Notes: a model not told the origin generated them from the sequence alone. 64,000 bases of DNA from Patescibacteria group bacterium (GCA_041649715.1 JBAZMP010000001.1:210741-274740), one strand, 5' to 3'. Shown: positions 1 to 9,803, counted from the first letter of the stretch. Program-made: numbers and translations.

Positions 1-9
1 CCGGAAGGC

Positions 10-1068
10 TTGGATGCCGTTTTGGTCAAAGATAAGACCGGCCGCCTGAAAATGTGGCAGAACGGCCAGTTGAAAGAAATGAATGTTTCTCCGGCCTTTT
101 CCCCTTTACCAGCCGTGCCGCCCGCCCCCCCTCGCCTCCCTCCCTCTTTTGAACCGGAAGATGAGGCCGAGATAAAAAATCACACGGATAATCTTTCGCA
201 GTACGGGCCGTCCCAAAACTACAACGTGGAGGAAATTATCTCAAAAATAGCCGCTCGATACAAATTGACTTTTAGCGAAGAAATTTTTTCCAAGCGTTTT
301 ATTTCCATTATCACGGCCCGTCTTAAGGAATTTCGAAACCGCGCGGATACGCTCGATCTTCTGACGCGCTCGGTAAAAATCGGCGGCTTGGAGTATCCGC
401 CGGAATTGGCGGAACAGATTCTAGAAGATTTAGACAAAGAGATACCAAGATTGCAGCAGGTCAAACCGCCGCAAAAATCAAAACCGGAAAATATTCCGGT
501 CACTCCCCAGGAAGCCCTGAAGAAGTCCTTGATCCAGGCCAATGTCTTCCGCTCCCCGACTCCGGAGGTCGTGCCTCCCAAAAAGGTTCCTGTCAATCCC
601 GTTCCCTTAGAATCTGTCCCCCCAAAACCACCGATACCGGAATTAGAGCCGGAAAGGAAAGAAGTCGTTTCCCGTCCGATGATGCACCGGCCGCCCGCCT
701 CTTCCGCCAAACCGAGGATGGATGATATTAAAAGCCGGGCCAAGATTTTCGGCCCCATCGAAGAATTAAAAGCTATGACAGTCAATGATTTCCGGCGTTT
801 AGGCACGGCAAAAGCCACGGCGGCGCAAAGGGTCGCTGACAAGATCAATCTTTTAAGGGAGGATTCTTTTCATAAGTTTGCCGAAGGCCTGAAGGCTTGG
901 CGGGCGGGCGAAGTATATCAGCTTTATCTAAATATGGGCATGGAGAGCATGGAAAAAGGCAAGTCGATCCGGGAAACGATTGAAAGAATGACCAATGCCG
1001 GTTTGCCCACTCTTTCCGAGCAGGAATTCAATTCCATCGTTGACCTGAACCGCAAATTAAGATATTAA
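10..1068 (+). CDS. Pro-rich hypothetical protein upstream of the PrgI/VirB4 cluster (may be 5'-truncated by the window)
   Basis: 352-aa ORF with the frame open to base 1; helical segments separated by Pro-rich linkers; 9 nt before the PrgI-like gene. Confidence 0.7.
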   Translation: MDAVLVKDKTGRLKMWQNGQLKEMNVSPAFSPLPAVPPAPPRLPPSFEPEDEAEIKNHTDNLSQYGPSQNYNVEEIISKIAARYKLTFSEEIFSKRFISIITARLKEFRNRADTLDLLTRSVKIGGLEYPPELAEQILEDLDKEIPRLQQVKPPQKSKPENIPVTPQEALKKSLIQANVFRSPTPEVVPPKKVPVNPVPLESVPPKPPIPELEPERKEVVSRPMMHRPPASSAKPRMDDIKSRAKIFGPIEELKAMTVNDFRRLGTAKATAAQRVADKINLLREDSFHKFAEGLKAWRAGEVYQLYLNMGMESMEKGKSIRETIERMTNAGLPTLSEQEFNSIVDLNRKLRY

Positions 1069-1077
1069 CCTTAATAT

Positions 1078-1581
1078 ATGCAGTTTATTGTGCCCCAATT
1101 CATTGATGTCGAAAATAAGATAATTGGTCCGATTTCCGTCCGCCAATTTATCACTTTGCTCGTCGGCGGCCTTTTTATTTATGTCGATTATGAAATCTTT
1201 TTTCCTATCAGTTTTTGGCTATTCGCCATCATCGGCGTCGTGCTCCTGGGCGTGTCGGGCACTTTCGCTTTCCTCCGGATCAGCGGCCGGCCCTTCCATT
1301 ATTTCATCCTTAATCTTTTTAACACTTTCAAGGAGCCGCGCCTAAGAGTCTGGAACAAACAAACAAGTCAGAATGACCTTAAATACAAGGAGGAAAAAAT
1401 TATTCCGCCCGTCGTCATCCCGCAAAAAAAGCCGCTTTCGGCCACGCGGTTGGCTGAACTTTCCTTGCTCGTGGATACGGGCGGCGTCTACCATGACGAG
1501 GAGGCTTTGGAAGAATTAGAAGATAGGCCGGAAAAGATGGCCGTTAATACTCTAATTAAACAAAAAAACCATGCCCGCTAA
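1078..1581 (+). CDS. PrgI-family (VirB3-like) membrane protein
   Basis: MQFIVPQFIDVENKIIGPISVRQF start, two TM helices, GRPF motif; lies upstream of a VirB4-like ATPase. Confidence 0.8.
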   Translation: MQFIVPQFIDVENKIIGPISVRQFITLLVGGLFIYVDYEIFFPISFWLFAIIGVVLLGVSGTFAFLRISGRPFHYFILNLFNTFKEPRLRVWNKQTSQNDLKYKEEKIIPPVVIPQKKPLSATRLAELSLLVDTGGVYHDEEALEELEDRPEKMAVNTLIKQKNHAR

Positions 1582-2251
1582 AATTACCGGAAAAAATCGA
1601 GCGGTCTCCACTCAGCGGTATCTCGATATCACGGAGATAAAAGACAACTGCGTTGTTTTGAAGGACGGCACTCTTCGGGCGGTTTTGATGGTCTCTTCGG
1701 TCAATTTTTCGCTGAAAGGCGAAGAAGAGCAATCGGCCATTATCCAGGGGTACGTCCAGTTTTTAAACGCTCTGGATTTTAATCTTCAGATCGTCATTCA
1801 GTCCCGGAAGCTAAACATCGATAATTATCTGGAGAGAATAAAAAAAGTGGAAAAAGAGCAGACCAATGAACTGCTGCGGCTGCAGACGGTCGAATACCGC
1901 CAGTACATTTCGGAGCTGGTGCAAATGGCCGATATCATGAGCAAAAGGTTTTACGTGGCGGTCCCTTATTCCGGAAAAAAGGACAAGCAAAAAAATTTCA
2001 TCGCCCACTTTCTCGAGTCTATTTCGCCGACCACCGCTATTCATCTTAAAAAGCAGAAGTTTGAAAAATATCAGCTGGAACTGTTTAAGCGCGTGGATTA
2101 CGTGCGCGACGGCCTTTCTTCCTTGGGTTTGAGGGCGGAACCCCTGGATACCCAGAGCCTGATCGAGCTTTTTTATAATACCTATAATCCCGTGACCTAC
2201 AGTCAGGAAAAATTAGCCGACATCAAAAAAATAAACGTGGAGACCCAATAG
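1571..2251 (+). CDS. TraC/VirB4 N-terminal-like accessory protein
   Basis: STQRYLDITEIKD...SSVNFSLK...LQIVIQSRKL pattern; overlaps the prgI-like stop codon. Confidence 0.65.
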   Translation: MPAKITGKNRAVSTQRYLDITEIKDNCVVLKDGTLRAVLMVSSVNFSLKGEEEQSAIIQGYVQFLNALDFNLQIVIQSRKLNIDNYLERIKKVEKEQTNELLRLQTVEYRQYISELVQMADIMSKRFYVAVPYSGKKDKQKNFIAHFLESISPTTAIHLKKQKFEKYQLELFKRVDYVRDGLSSLGLRAEPLDTQSLIELFYNTYNPVTYSQEKLADIKKINVETQ

Positions 2252-2259
2252 GGTATTTT

Positions 2260-4200
2260 ATGACTGAAATAAATCTATCAAAAGTAAAATTTTCCTCTCA
2301 GAAGATGGCCGCCGGCAGCCAGCCCGCCAAAAAGGTCACTTTACCCCAGGAAGCAAGAGAGATGATCGAGGCGGAAAGGATCTACCGGCGGGGCGTGATT
2401 TCCGTGCGTGATCTGGTGGCCCCAGCGGCCATGAAAGTAGAGAAGGATTATCTCCATCTGGGCGGCAAGTATGTCCGGACGGTTTTTGTCGTCACTTATC
2501 CCCGCTATATCTCGGTCGGCTGGTTTGCGCCGGTCATCAATCTGAATTTGACCCTTGATATCGCCATGTTTTATTATCCCGTTGAGTCAAAAATAATCTT
2601 AAAGCAGCTGAAAAATAAAGTCGGAAATCTTGAGGCGCAGATTCTTTCTGACGCGGAAAAGGGGGCTCCCCGTGACCCGATGAGGGAAACAGCCTTGCGC
2701 GACATTGAAAAGTTAAGAGATGATCTGACCCAGGGGACGGAAAAATTCTTCCAGTTCGCCCTGTACATCACTCTTTACGCCGATAAGGTGGAAGAGCTTA
2801 ATAATATCACCGAAAAGATCGAATCGATGTTCGGCGCCGTTCTGGTCTACAGCAAAAGGGCCCTTTTCCAGGCGGAGCAGGGATTTAATTCCACCTTGCC
2901 CTTGGGTCTGGATGAGCTGATGGTCACCTTTAACATGAATTCCTCCCCCTGCGCTTCGTCTTTCCCGTTTATTTCCGCGGACCTGACCTCGGATAACGGG
3001 ATTCTTTACGGCATTAACCGGCACAATAACAGCTTGATCCTGTTTGACCGTTTTTCCCTGGAAAACGCGAATTTAAATGTTTTTGCCGTTTCCGGCTCGG
3101 GAAAAAGTTACGCCGTCAAGCTGGAGGTCCTGCGCAGCCTGATGATGGGCACGGATATCATTATTGTTGATCCGGAAATGGAGTACAAATATCTTTCTGA
3201 CGCGGTCGGCGGCACCTATGTCAATATTTCTTTGAATTCCGAGAGCAAGATCAATCCTTTTGACCTGCCTAGGGCCATTCACGGCGAAGAGAAAACCGCC
3301 GATATTATCCGTTCCGCCGTCATCACCTTAAAATCCTTGGTGCGGCTGATGCTCGGGGAGCTGACCCACGAAGAGGATTCCATTGTTGACCGGGCGCTTT
3401 TGGAAACTTACGCCAAAAAAGACATCACGGCTGAATCAGATCTTTCAAGCATTGAACCGCCCTTGATGAAGGATTTTCAGGAAGTCCTGGAAGGGATGGT
3501 CGGGGCGGAAGAGCTGGTCCAGCGCCTGAAAAAATACACCGAAGGGACGTTCGCCGGCCTTTTTAACAGCCCGACCAACGTGGAAATAAACAATCAGCTG
3601 GTCGTTTTTTCCGTCCGTGACCTGGAAGATGAGCTCCGGCCGATCGGCATTTCCACGATTGTTTCCTTTATCTGGAACGTCGTCCGTTCCGAGCTTAAAA
3701 AAAGAATTTTGGTCATTGATGAGGCGTGGTGGCTGATGCAGAACGAAGACTCGGCCAAATTCATCTACGCCTTGGTCAAGCGCTGCCGCAAATATTATTT
3801 GGGGGTGACCACCATCACCCAGGATGTCAATGATTTTCTGCACTCACCTTACGGCCAGGCGATCGTCAACAACTCCGCTTTGCAGCTTTTGATGAAACAG
3901 TCGCCGGCGGGGGTGGACATTGTGGCCAAAACCTTTCTTCTTACCCAGGGCGAACGGTATTTGCTGCTGGAATGCGGGGTCGGCGAAGGGATATTTTTTG
4001 CCGGTACCAGACACGCGGCCATTAAAGTGGTCGCTTCCTACACCGAAGACCAGATTATCACTTCCGATCCTCGCCAGTTGCTGGAGATAGAAGCCGCAAA
4101 GAAAGAATTTGAAAAGACGGTGGCGGCGGAAGAAGGCGAAGAAAAAAATTATAAATCTTCCAAGGCCAGGGAGGCCGAAGAGGAGGAGGGGTTAGGCTAG
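2260..4200 (+). CDS. VirB4/TraC-like type IV secretion ATPase
   Basis: Walker A AVSGSGKS, IIVDPEMEY, INPFD, Walker B ILVIDEAW, RKY...ITQ motifs. Confidence 0.9.
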   Translation: MTEINLSKVKFSSQKMAAGSQPAKKVTLPQEAREMIEAERIYRRGVISVRDLVAPAAMKVEKDYLHLGGKYVRTVFVVTYPRYISVGWFAPVINLNLTLDIAMFYYPVESKIILKQLKNKVGNLEAQILSDAEKGAPRDPMRETALRDIEKLRDDLTQGTEKFFQFALYITLYADKVEELNNITEKIESMFGAVLVYSKRALFQAEQGFNSTLPLGLDELMVTFNMNSSPCASSFPFISADLTSDNGILYGINRHNNSLILFDRFSLENANLNVFAVSGSGKSYAVKLEVLRSLMMGTDIIIVDPEMEYKYLSDAVGGTYVNISLNSESKINPFDLPRAIHGEEKTADIIRSAVITLKSLVRLMLGELTHEEDSIVDRALLETYAKKDITAESDLSSIEPPLMKDFQEVLEGMVGAEELVQRLKKYTEGTFAGLFNSPTNVEINNQLVVFSVRDLEDELRPIGISTIVSFIWNVVRSELKKRILVIDEAWWLMQNEDSAKFIYALVKRCRKYYLGVTTITQDVNDFLHSPYGQAIVNNSALQLLMKQSPAGVDIVAKTFLLTQGERYLLLECGVGEGIFFAGTRHAAIKVVASYTEDQIITSDPRQLLEIEAAKKEFEKTVAAEEGEEKNYKSSKAREAEEEEGLG

Positions 4201-4226
4201 AACAATCTTAATAATTCTTAAAATAT

Positions 4227-4829
4227 ATGAAAAGAATAATATTGATCGTCGGCGCACTCCTCGTTTTAATTTTAGCGGGCCTGGCGCTTTACTGGTTTTA
4301 TTTTAGACCGTCGCCCGCCAACCAAAATACGGCGCCCGAAAACAATAATGTCAATCAGGCCATAAACAGTCATCAAAACGATAACGGGAACGAGAATACG
4401 AATACGGCGGTCAATGATAACACGAACCAGACCGCCTCGCTTGGCTCAGAAAAGATCAGGCAGGTCAGCCGGATTTTCGCCGAACGTTACGGCAGTTACT
4501 CGAATGAAAATGATTTTGAGAATCTTGTCGCCCTGAAGACCTATATGACCGATAAGTTTCAGAAAGAAACCGACAATTATATCACGAGCGAAAAAAGCAA
4601 GCTGACGGGCAATGAAGCTTACTTCGGGGTGATATCCGAAATGCTCTCGGTCAATGTCATTTCTTTGACGGAAAATAGCGCCCAAGCGGCGGTCACTTTG
4701 AGGCGGACGGAAAGGAATGAGACCAGCCCGACCGGTACTTATTTTCAAAATCTTTCTTTAAAATTTGTTAAATCCGGAAACGATTGGCTGGTGAGCAGTG
4801 CTGCTTGGCAAGAAAAAATTACCCAATAA
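4227..4829 (+). CDS. Membrane-anchored protein with Asn-rich linker and probable NTF2-like (VirB8/TcpC-like) domain
   Basis: One N-terminal TM, Asn/Thr linker, FAERYGSYS helix, C-terminal LKFVKSGNDWLV strand. Confidence 0.6.
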   Translation: MKRIILIVGALLVLILAGLALYWFYFRPSPANQNTAPENNNVNQAINSHQNDNGNENTNTAVNDNTNQTASLGSEKIRQVSRIFAERYGSYSNENDFENLVALKTYMTDKFQKETDNYITSEKSKLTGNEAYFGVISEMLSVNVISLTENSAQAAVTLRRTERNETSPTGTYFQNLSLKFVKSGNDWLVSSAAWQEKITQ

Positions 4830-4846
4830 AATAAGCAAGTATTTTT

Positions 4847-5365
4847 ATGCGGTTGGAAGAAGAAGGTGACAATCAGGAAGAATTGCAGGAGGAAGACGAT
4901 ATTCGGCGTGAGCAGGAGGAAAACGGTATACGGCGCGAAATGGAGAGCCAGCAACTGCAAGAAAGACGGAACGAAGAACAGGCGCGGCCGAATGTCGGAC
5001 AAGAAGAGTCAAACGGCCAAGAGGGGGGCAATAGCCGGGCCGGCGACGAAAAGTCAGATGCGCGGTCATTTTCCGAGACGATAAGGCAGGCCAAACAAGC
5101 GGCGGATAAGGTAAAAAAAGTGGCGGAAACAGCGAAAAAAGTCCACCGATTCGTGCGGGTAATGCAGATAATCTGGGGGGCGATAACTTTTGTCATAGGT
5201 ACCTGGTGGTTTTGGCTGATTGTGATCGCCTTATTGTTTCTTGCCATTATAATAGGTTTTTGTAAACAGGATCCCTGCCAGTGCACGGGAGCCGGCAATA
5301 TTTTCCCCACTTTTGGACAATTCATTTATGATTTATTGAATTTATATTGTAAGACGACTGGTTGA
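4847..5365 (+). CDS. Hypothetical membrane protein (acidic N-terminus, C-terminal TM hairpin)
   Basis: 172-aa ORF spaced like an operon member; hydrophobic segment IIWGAITFVIGTWWFWLIVIALLFLAIIIG. Confidence 0.65.
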   Translation: MRLEEEGDNQEELQEEDDIRREQEENGIRREMESQQLQERRNEEQARPNVGQEESNGQEGGNSRAGDEKSDARSFSETIRQAKQAADKVKKVAETAKKVHRFVRVMQIIWGAITFVIGTWWFWLIVIALLFLAIIIGFCKQDPCQCTGAGNIFPTFGQFIYDLLNLYCKTTG

Positions 5366-5387
5366 AAGCAATTAAATATTCTTCATA

Positions 5388-6662
5388 ATGCCTAAAACAA
5401 AGATAATAATAATACTGACGGTCTTGGCCGGCTTTCTGCTGGCTCCCGCTTTGTTATGGGCGCAGACGGAAACGGCGAATCCGGAGATACCCCTGCAAAT
5501 AAAAATCCCTATTTTTTCCTCGCCTTGCGTCGATCAGGTAAAATACCCCGGCCGCAACTGCGTCAGTGATTTCGGCGATTACATCGGCCGGTTTTACAAA
5601 TATTTTTCCGGCGTCATCGGCATCCTGGCGGCGGCGATGATCGTTTTCGGCGGTTTCCAGTGGGTGACGGCTTCAGGCAACGCGAGCAGAATCCAAAACG
5701 CCAAAACGACGATCACCGGGGCGTTGGTAGGCGTGGTTTTAACCCTATGCGCTTATGTTTTTTTGAATACCATCAATCCGGACCTGGTCTCCTTGAGGTT
5801 CCCTAATTTATCCAATATAACGCGGCAGGTTTTGGGCACTAATTTCTGCGTGGATTTACCCACGCAGTCAGGCTTGCCGCTCGTGACCGATCCAGAACAT
5901 ATACCCTGTGGCCAATATAGGGGCTTTGATCAGTCTAAATCTACCACCACCTATACTCAAGATTATTGCTGCGGGAATTGGTGCGGCCCGGATGAAGACG
6001 GAAATTCGCAAGTCTGTGCGATAGCGTCAGGCGCAAGCGTTGACAAAAAATGTCCGGAAACTTGCCAAAGTCCCAAAAAAATCTGCGAGGATGCAGACGT
6101 CAGCCAATGTAAACAAGTTGACTCCAGTTTTGCCAGTCAGGGTATAAATAGTGTTTGTCGTCAGCTAGATAGAACATCATTTGTTCGCACGGGGGTAAGT
6201 GATACTTGTCGTTATGGCGAAATAGCAAAGAGTCCTTGCAGCACGGATGGGTCGTTAAAGAAGGTCGCCTGTAACTATTCCGGTATCAATAAAGATTTTG
6301 ATACGCCTTGCTGGAATGCTAGCGGGGCCCGCTATTTGGCAATAGGTGTCGCAAAAACGGTAGGTACTGTCACTTACCGTTATTGGTGCAATTCAACAGA
6401 TAGGATCGGGGTGGATACTGATTCATTTTGTTGTGCGCAAATAAGAAAGCAGGATATTAAATGTTTGAGTGAAAGTGAAGGCGCGGCGCAAAAAGATTAT
6501 GTCGAGGTCAGCTGTACGACCGCGATGGCTGACCTGGGGTATAGTCTCAGTTTTAATAGCATGCCCGGTAATTACGCCGACTCCTCCGTTTCTACTTGTG
6601 ATGGCGGCAGAAGGTGTTATATGCAGCTTAGTTTAAGGTACTCTACTTATACTTATAAATAA
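5388..6662 (+). CDS. Signal peptide + VirB2/TrbC-like pilin domain + Cys-rich passenger
   Basis: Signal ending LWA; two-TM pilin module (GGFQWVTASGNASRIQNAKTTITGALVG...INPDL); more than 20 Cys downstream. Confidence 0.75.
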   Translation: MPKTKIIIILTVLAGFLLAPALLWAQTETANPEIPLQIKIPIFSSPCVDQVKYPGRNCVSDFGDYIGRFYKYFSGVIGILAAAMIVFGGFQWVTASGNASRIQNAKTTITGALVGVVLTLCAYVFLNTINPDLVSLRFPNLSNITRQVLGTNFCVDLPTQSGLPLVTDPEHIPCGQYRGFDQSKSTTTYTQDYCCGNWCGPDEDGNSQVCAIASGASVDKKCPETCQSPKKICEDADVSQCKQVDSSFASQGINSVCRQLDRTSFVRTGVSDTCRYGEIAKSPCSTDGSLKKVACNYSGINKDFDTPCWNASGARYLAIGVAKTVGTVTYRYWCNSTDRIGVDTDSFCCAQIRKQDIKCLSESEGAAQKDYVEVSCTTAMADLGYSLSFNSMPGNYADSSVSTCDGGRRCYMQLSLRYSTYTYK

Positions 6663-6681
6663 TTCATTTTAATATAATCTT

Positions 6682-7938
6682 ATGTCTCTTTGGAAAAAAA
6701 TACTATTAATGGCGGGTTTTGTCGCGGTCGCGGTCGGTTTCGGCTATTTTATTTTCCGCGTCTTCTTCGGCCCGGCCAACGGCAATATCAACGGTAATAT
6801 CAACGGCAATGTTAACGGTGCTTTGCCGAACGCCAATTTGGTTAACCGGCCGCCGACCAATGAGAATGTTAATGGTGTCTTGCCGAATATAAATGTCGGC
6901 GGCAATGTCAATGCCGGCATTGTTCCCGTTTCGCCGGTCGCCGCCGGCGGCGCGACCGTCGTCAAAGAAATCACCGATAACCAGACGCAGGACGCGGTTA
7001 TGGACAGTAATAGCCGCGATTTTGTCTATTACGACAGGGCCAGCGGCGAATTCCGGAAAGTCTCGGCGGACGGTTCGCAGAAAAGCCTGCTTACCTCCGA
7101 TACCTTTCCCGCGGCCGACCAAGTCTATTGGTCGCCCAGCCGCGACAAAGCGGTCGTCGCTTTTCCCGATGACTCCAAGATCGTCTATGATTTCAACCAG
7201 AAAAAACAATACAGCCTGCCGGAAGAGACGACGGAATTTTCCTTTTCTCAAGATGGCCGCCAGATGGTCTACAAATATGAAGGATATAATGCCGAGGAAC
7301 GCTGGCTGGCGGTTTCAAACCCCGACGGTTCAGGATCAAAAATCGTGGAATCGATCGGAGACAAATCGGATTTTGTCAGTGTCGACTGGGCGCCTAACAA
7401 CCAGATCGTCGCCACCTACGCCCGTTCAATGGGCCTTGACCGCCAGGAAATAGTTTTTTTAGGGCAAAACAACGAGAATTTTCCTTCCGTGGAGGTGAAC
7501 GGCCGTAATTTCCAGTCTGCTTGGTCGCCAGCCGGTGATCGCATCATTTACAGCGTTTCCAGCAATGAGACCGATTATAATCCTACCTTGTGGGTCATGA
7601 ACGGCGCCATTGAGAATTTGGGCCAATACCCGCAGGAATTGGGAGTCGCCACCTGGCCGGACAAATGCGCTTTTGGCCTTAAAAATATCATTTATTGTGC
7701 CGTCCCCAAATACTTGCCTTCGGGCAGTGACATTTATCCGGAGCTGGCGGGCAACATCAGTGATGATTTTTATCGGATCGATCTTACCACGGGTGCCAAA
7801 ACCCTTCTTGCCACGCCCGTCAATTCTTCCGGTTACGGCAGTTACACCGCCGAAAAGGTCTTTCTTTCCGCTAATGAGGAATTTCTTTCCTTTACCGACA
7901 AAAGCACCGGCCGGCTTTATCAGATCCGTTTAAAATAG
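6682..7938 (+). CDS. Membrane-anchored TolB/PD40-like beta-propeller protein
   Basis: N-terminal TM, NGNING repeats, repeated WSP/FSQDG/WAPN/WSPAG blade motifs. Confidence 0.75.
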   Translation: MSLWKKILLMAGFVAVAVGFGYFIFRVFFGPANGNINGNINGNVNGALPNANLVNRPPTNENVNGVLPNINVGGNVNAGIVPVSPVAAGGATVVKEITDNQTQDAVMDSNSRDFVYYDRASGEFRKVSADGSQKSLLTSDTFPAADQVYWSPSRDKAVVAFPDDSKIVYDFNQKKQYSLPEETTEFSFSQDGRQMVYKYEGYNAEERWLAVSNPDGSGSKIVESIGDKSDFVSVDWAPNNQIVATYARSMGLDRQEIVFLGQNNENFPSVEVNGRNFQSAWSPAGDRIIYSVSSNETDYNPTLWVMNGAIENLGQYPQELGVATWPDKCAFGLKNIIYCAVPKYLPSGSDIYPELAGNISDDFYRIDLTTGAKTLLATPVNSSGYGSYTAEKVFLSANEEFLSFTDKSTGRLYQIRLK

Positions 7939-7940
7939 TT

Positions 7941-8576
7941 ATGGCCGCCATGGAAAAAAAGAAATTTTTTCTTAACGCGCTGATATATTTCGCTCTTTTT
8001 ACCCTGATTATATTTGCTGTTTCTGTCTTTAGGGGCTGCCAGAAAAATGATACTGTTATCCGGCCCGAGGTTTCAGGAAAAGACCCCCGGCTGGGAGAAA
8101 AAAACGCTAAGGTCACGATCATTGAATTCGGGGATTTTCAGTGTCCGTACTGCGATGAGCTAGCTCCCATCTTCAAAAAATTAAAGGACGAATATAAGGA
8201 GCAGCTGACCATTGTTTGGAAGGACTTCCCCTTGACGACCGTTCACGAAGAAGCTTTGTCAGCCGCCCAGGCCGCTCGTTGCAGCCAAAAACAGGGCAAA
8301 TTTTGGGAAATGCATGACGAATTATTTGCCAATCAGAGCCTATTATCAGCCGAACTTTATCCTAAATTATCCGCCAAGATAGGACTTAATACCGATCAGT
8401 TCATCGATTGTCTGAACAACGGCGAAACCCTAAGCTTGATTCAGAAGAATGTCAATGAAGGGGTGGCTCTCGGCGTGGACGGCACGCCTTATTTTTATCT
8501 TAATAATTACGTTATTACCGAGCTGATGAGCGAAGAAAGCCTGAAGGCTTTAATAACAACCGAATTAGCCAAATAA
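7941..8576 (+). CDS. DsbA-family thiol-disulfide oxidoreductase
   Basis: EFGDFQCPYC active site, GVDGTP cis-Pro loop, N-terminal TM. Confidence 0.9.
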   Translation: MAAMEKKKFFLNALIYFALFTLIIFAVSVFRGCQKNDTVIRPEVSGKDPRLGEKNAKVTIIEFGDFQCPYCDELAPIFKKLKDEYKEQLTIVWKDFPLTTVHEEALSAAQAARCSQKQGKFWEMHDELFANQSLLSAELYPKLSAKIGLNTDQFIDCLNNGETLSLIQKNVNEGVALGVDGTPYFYLNNYVITELMSEESLKALITTELAK

Positions 8577-8582
8577 TTAATA

Positions 8583-9797
8583 ATGAAAAATATCCGCCGA
8601 CTGAAAAAATCATCAATAATTTACGTCTTGTTGCTGTTGGCGCTGATTTTAATTATAAGAGAGGCAAGACCCGTTTATGCCGAAAAAGACCGCTGCGGCC
8701 AATTTTCTTATACCGCGAAAAATGGCCGACATGAAGTTACCTGCCAGAACGATCTTTGCTCGGTCGAGGGCGCTTCACCGAAAAATTGCGAATGCGACAA
8801 TAATTATTGCTGTGTGGAATACGAGACTGGCCGGCTTGTTTCCTTAGAATGTGTGTCTAGCGCCGGCGCCAGTACGGGGACCGAAAACGGGCAGGGCAGC
8901 GAAGTGGTTTTTGAACCGCAGATTCCCTTGCCTGATTTTGCCGGCGGTACGGTTTCCGGCAGCCAATTTGGCGAATACCTAAAAGCTTTTTACCGGTATT
9001 TTTCCGGCGTGGTCGGGATTCTGGCGGCCGCCATGATAGTTTTTGGCGGGTATCAGTGGATTACGGCCGCCGGCAACGCAAGCCGGATCCAAAACGCCAA
9101 GACAACGATCAGCGGAGCGCTGGTCGGCCTGGTTTTGACCCTGACCGCCTATATTTTTCTTAATACGATCAACCCGGAACTGGTGCAGTTCAAATCTATC
9201 GAGCCCGGCGAGATCGCTCGCAACGCGCTAGAAAGCACGCAAACTCAAGAATGCCCCACCGACACGGAACTGGTGGAATTAAAGGCTTATTTTCCCAATA
9301 ATGATTTGCTGCGCGTCGCGGCCAGCGTCTCGGATCCTCGGGTCAGAAACGTGATGATACCCAAACTTGAAAAAGCCGCCAAAGAATTAAAACAAAATGA
9401 TATGAAATTGGTGATCACCGGCGCTCATCGGACTTTTGCCACTCAACAAAGATTATTCGCCTGTTATCAGGAATACAATAATACATATAGTTGCGATCTT
9501 ACCAAGTGTCCGGAAAAATGCAACGAAGCGGCGGCGCCTTCTTGTGACGCCCCGCATCTTACCGGGATGGCCATTGATGCCTGCGTGGAGGTCGGCACCG
9601 ACACCACTTTATGCACCATGATGTCCACCAAGCCCATTAATAATAATCATCCCACTGACACGAATTTAAAAAATTCACAGATCAAGTTCCAGGAGATCAT
9701 GCAGTACAACGGTTTTTACCGCTACTGCGGTGAGTGGTGGCATTTTGAGGCAGCCGAGATGTCTGCCTCTTGTGATCCGGGCGAATATTCATATTAA
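8583..9797 (+). CDS. Signal peptide + Cys-rich module + VirB2-like pilin domain + M15 (VanY/VanX-like) Zn peptidase
   Basis: Pilin module at 8988-9185; C-terminal GAHRT..Q..LF, H-x6-D (PHLTGMAID) and EWWHF motifs. Confidence 0.8.
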   Translation: MKNIRRLKKSSIIYVLLLLALILIIREARPVYAEKDRCGQFSYTAKNGRHEVTCQNDLCSVEGASPKNCECDNNYCCVEYETGRLVSLECVSSAGASTGTENGQGSEVVFEPQIPLPDFAGGTVSGSQFGEYLKAFYRYFSGVVGILAAAMIVFGGYQWITAAGNASRIQNAKTTISGALVGLVLTLTAYIFLNTINPELVQFKSIEPGEIARNALESTQTQECPTDTELVELKAYFPNNDLLRVAASVSDPRVRNVMIPKLEKAAKELKQNDMKLVITGAHRTFATQQRLFACYQEYNNTYSCDLTKCPEKCNEAAAPSCDAPHLTGMAIDACVEVGTDTTLCTMMSTKPINNNHPTDTNLKNSQIKFQEIMQYNGFYRYCGEWWHFEAAEMSASCDPGEYSY

Positions 9798-9803
9798 CGA
9801 AAA

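Noticed and set aside
1078-9797. Integrative conjugative element
   Set aside because: No relaxase, coupling protein, integrase or att repeat visible, and the cluster runs into radA; sequence upstream of the window is unseen
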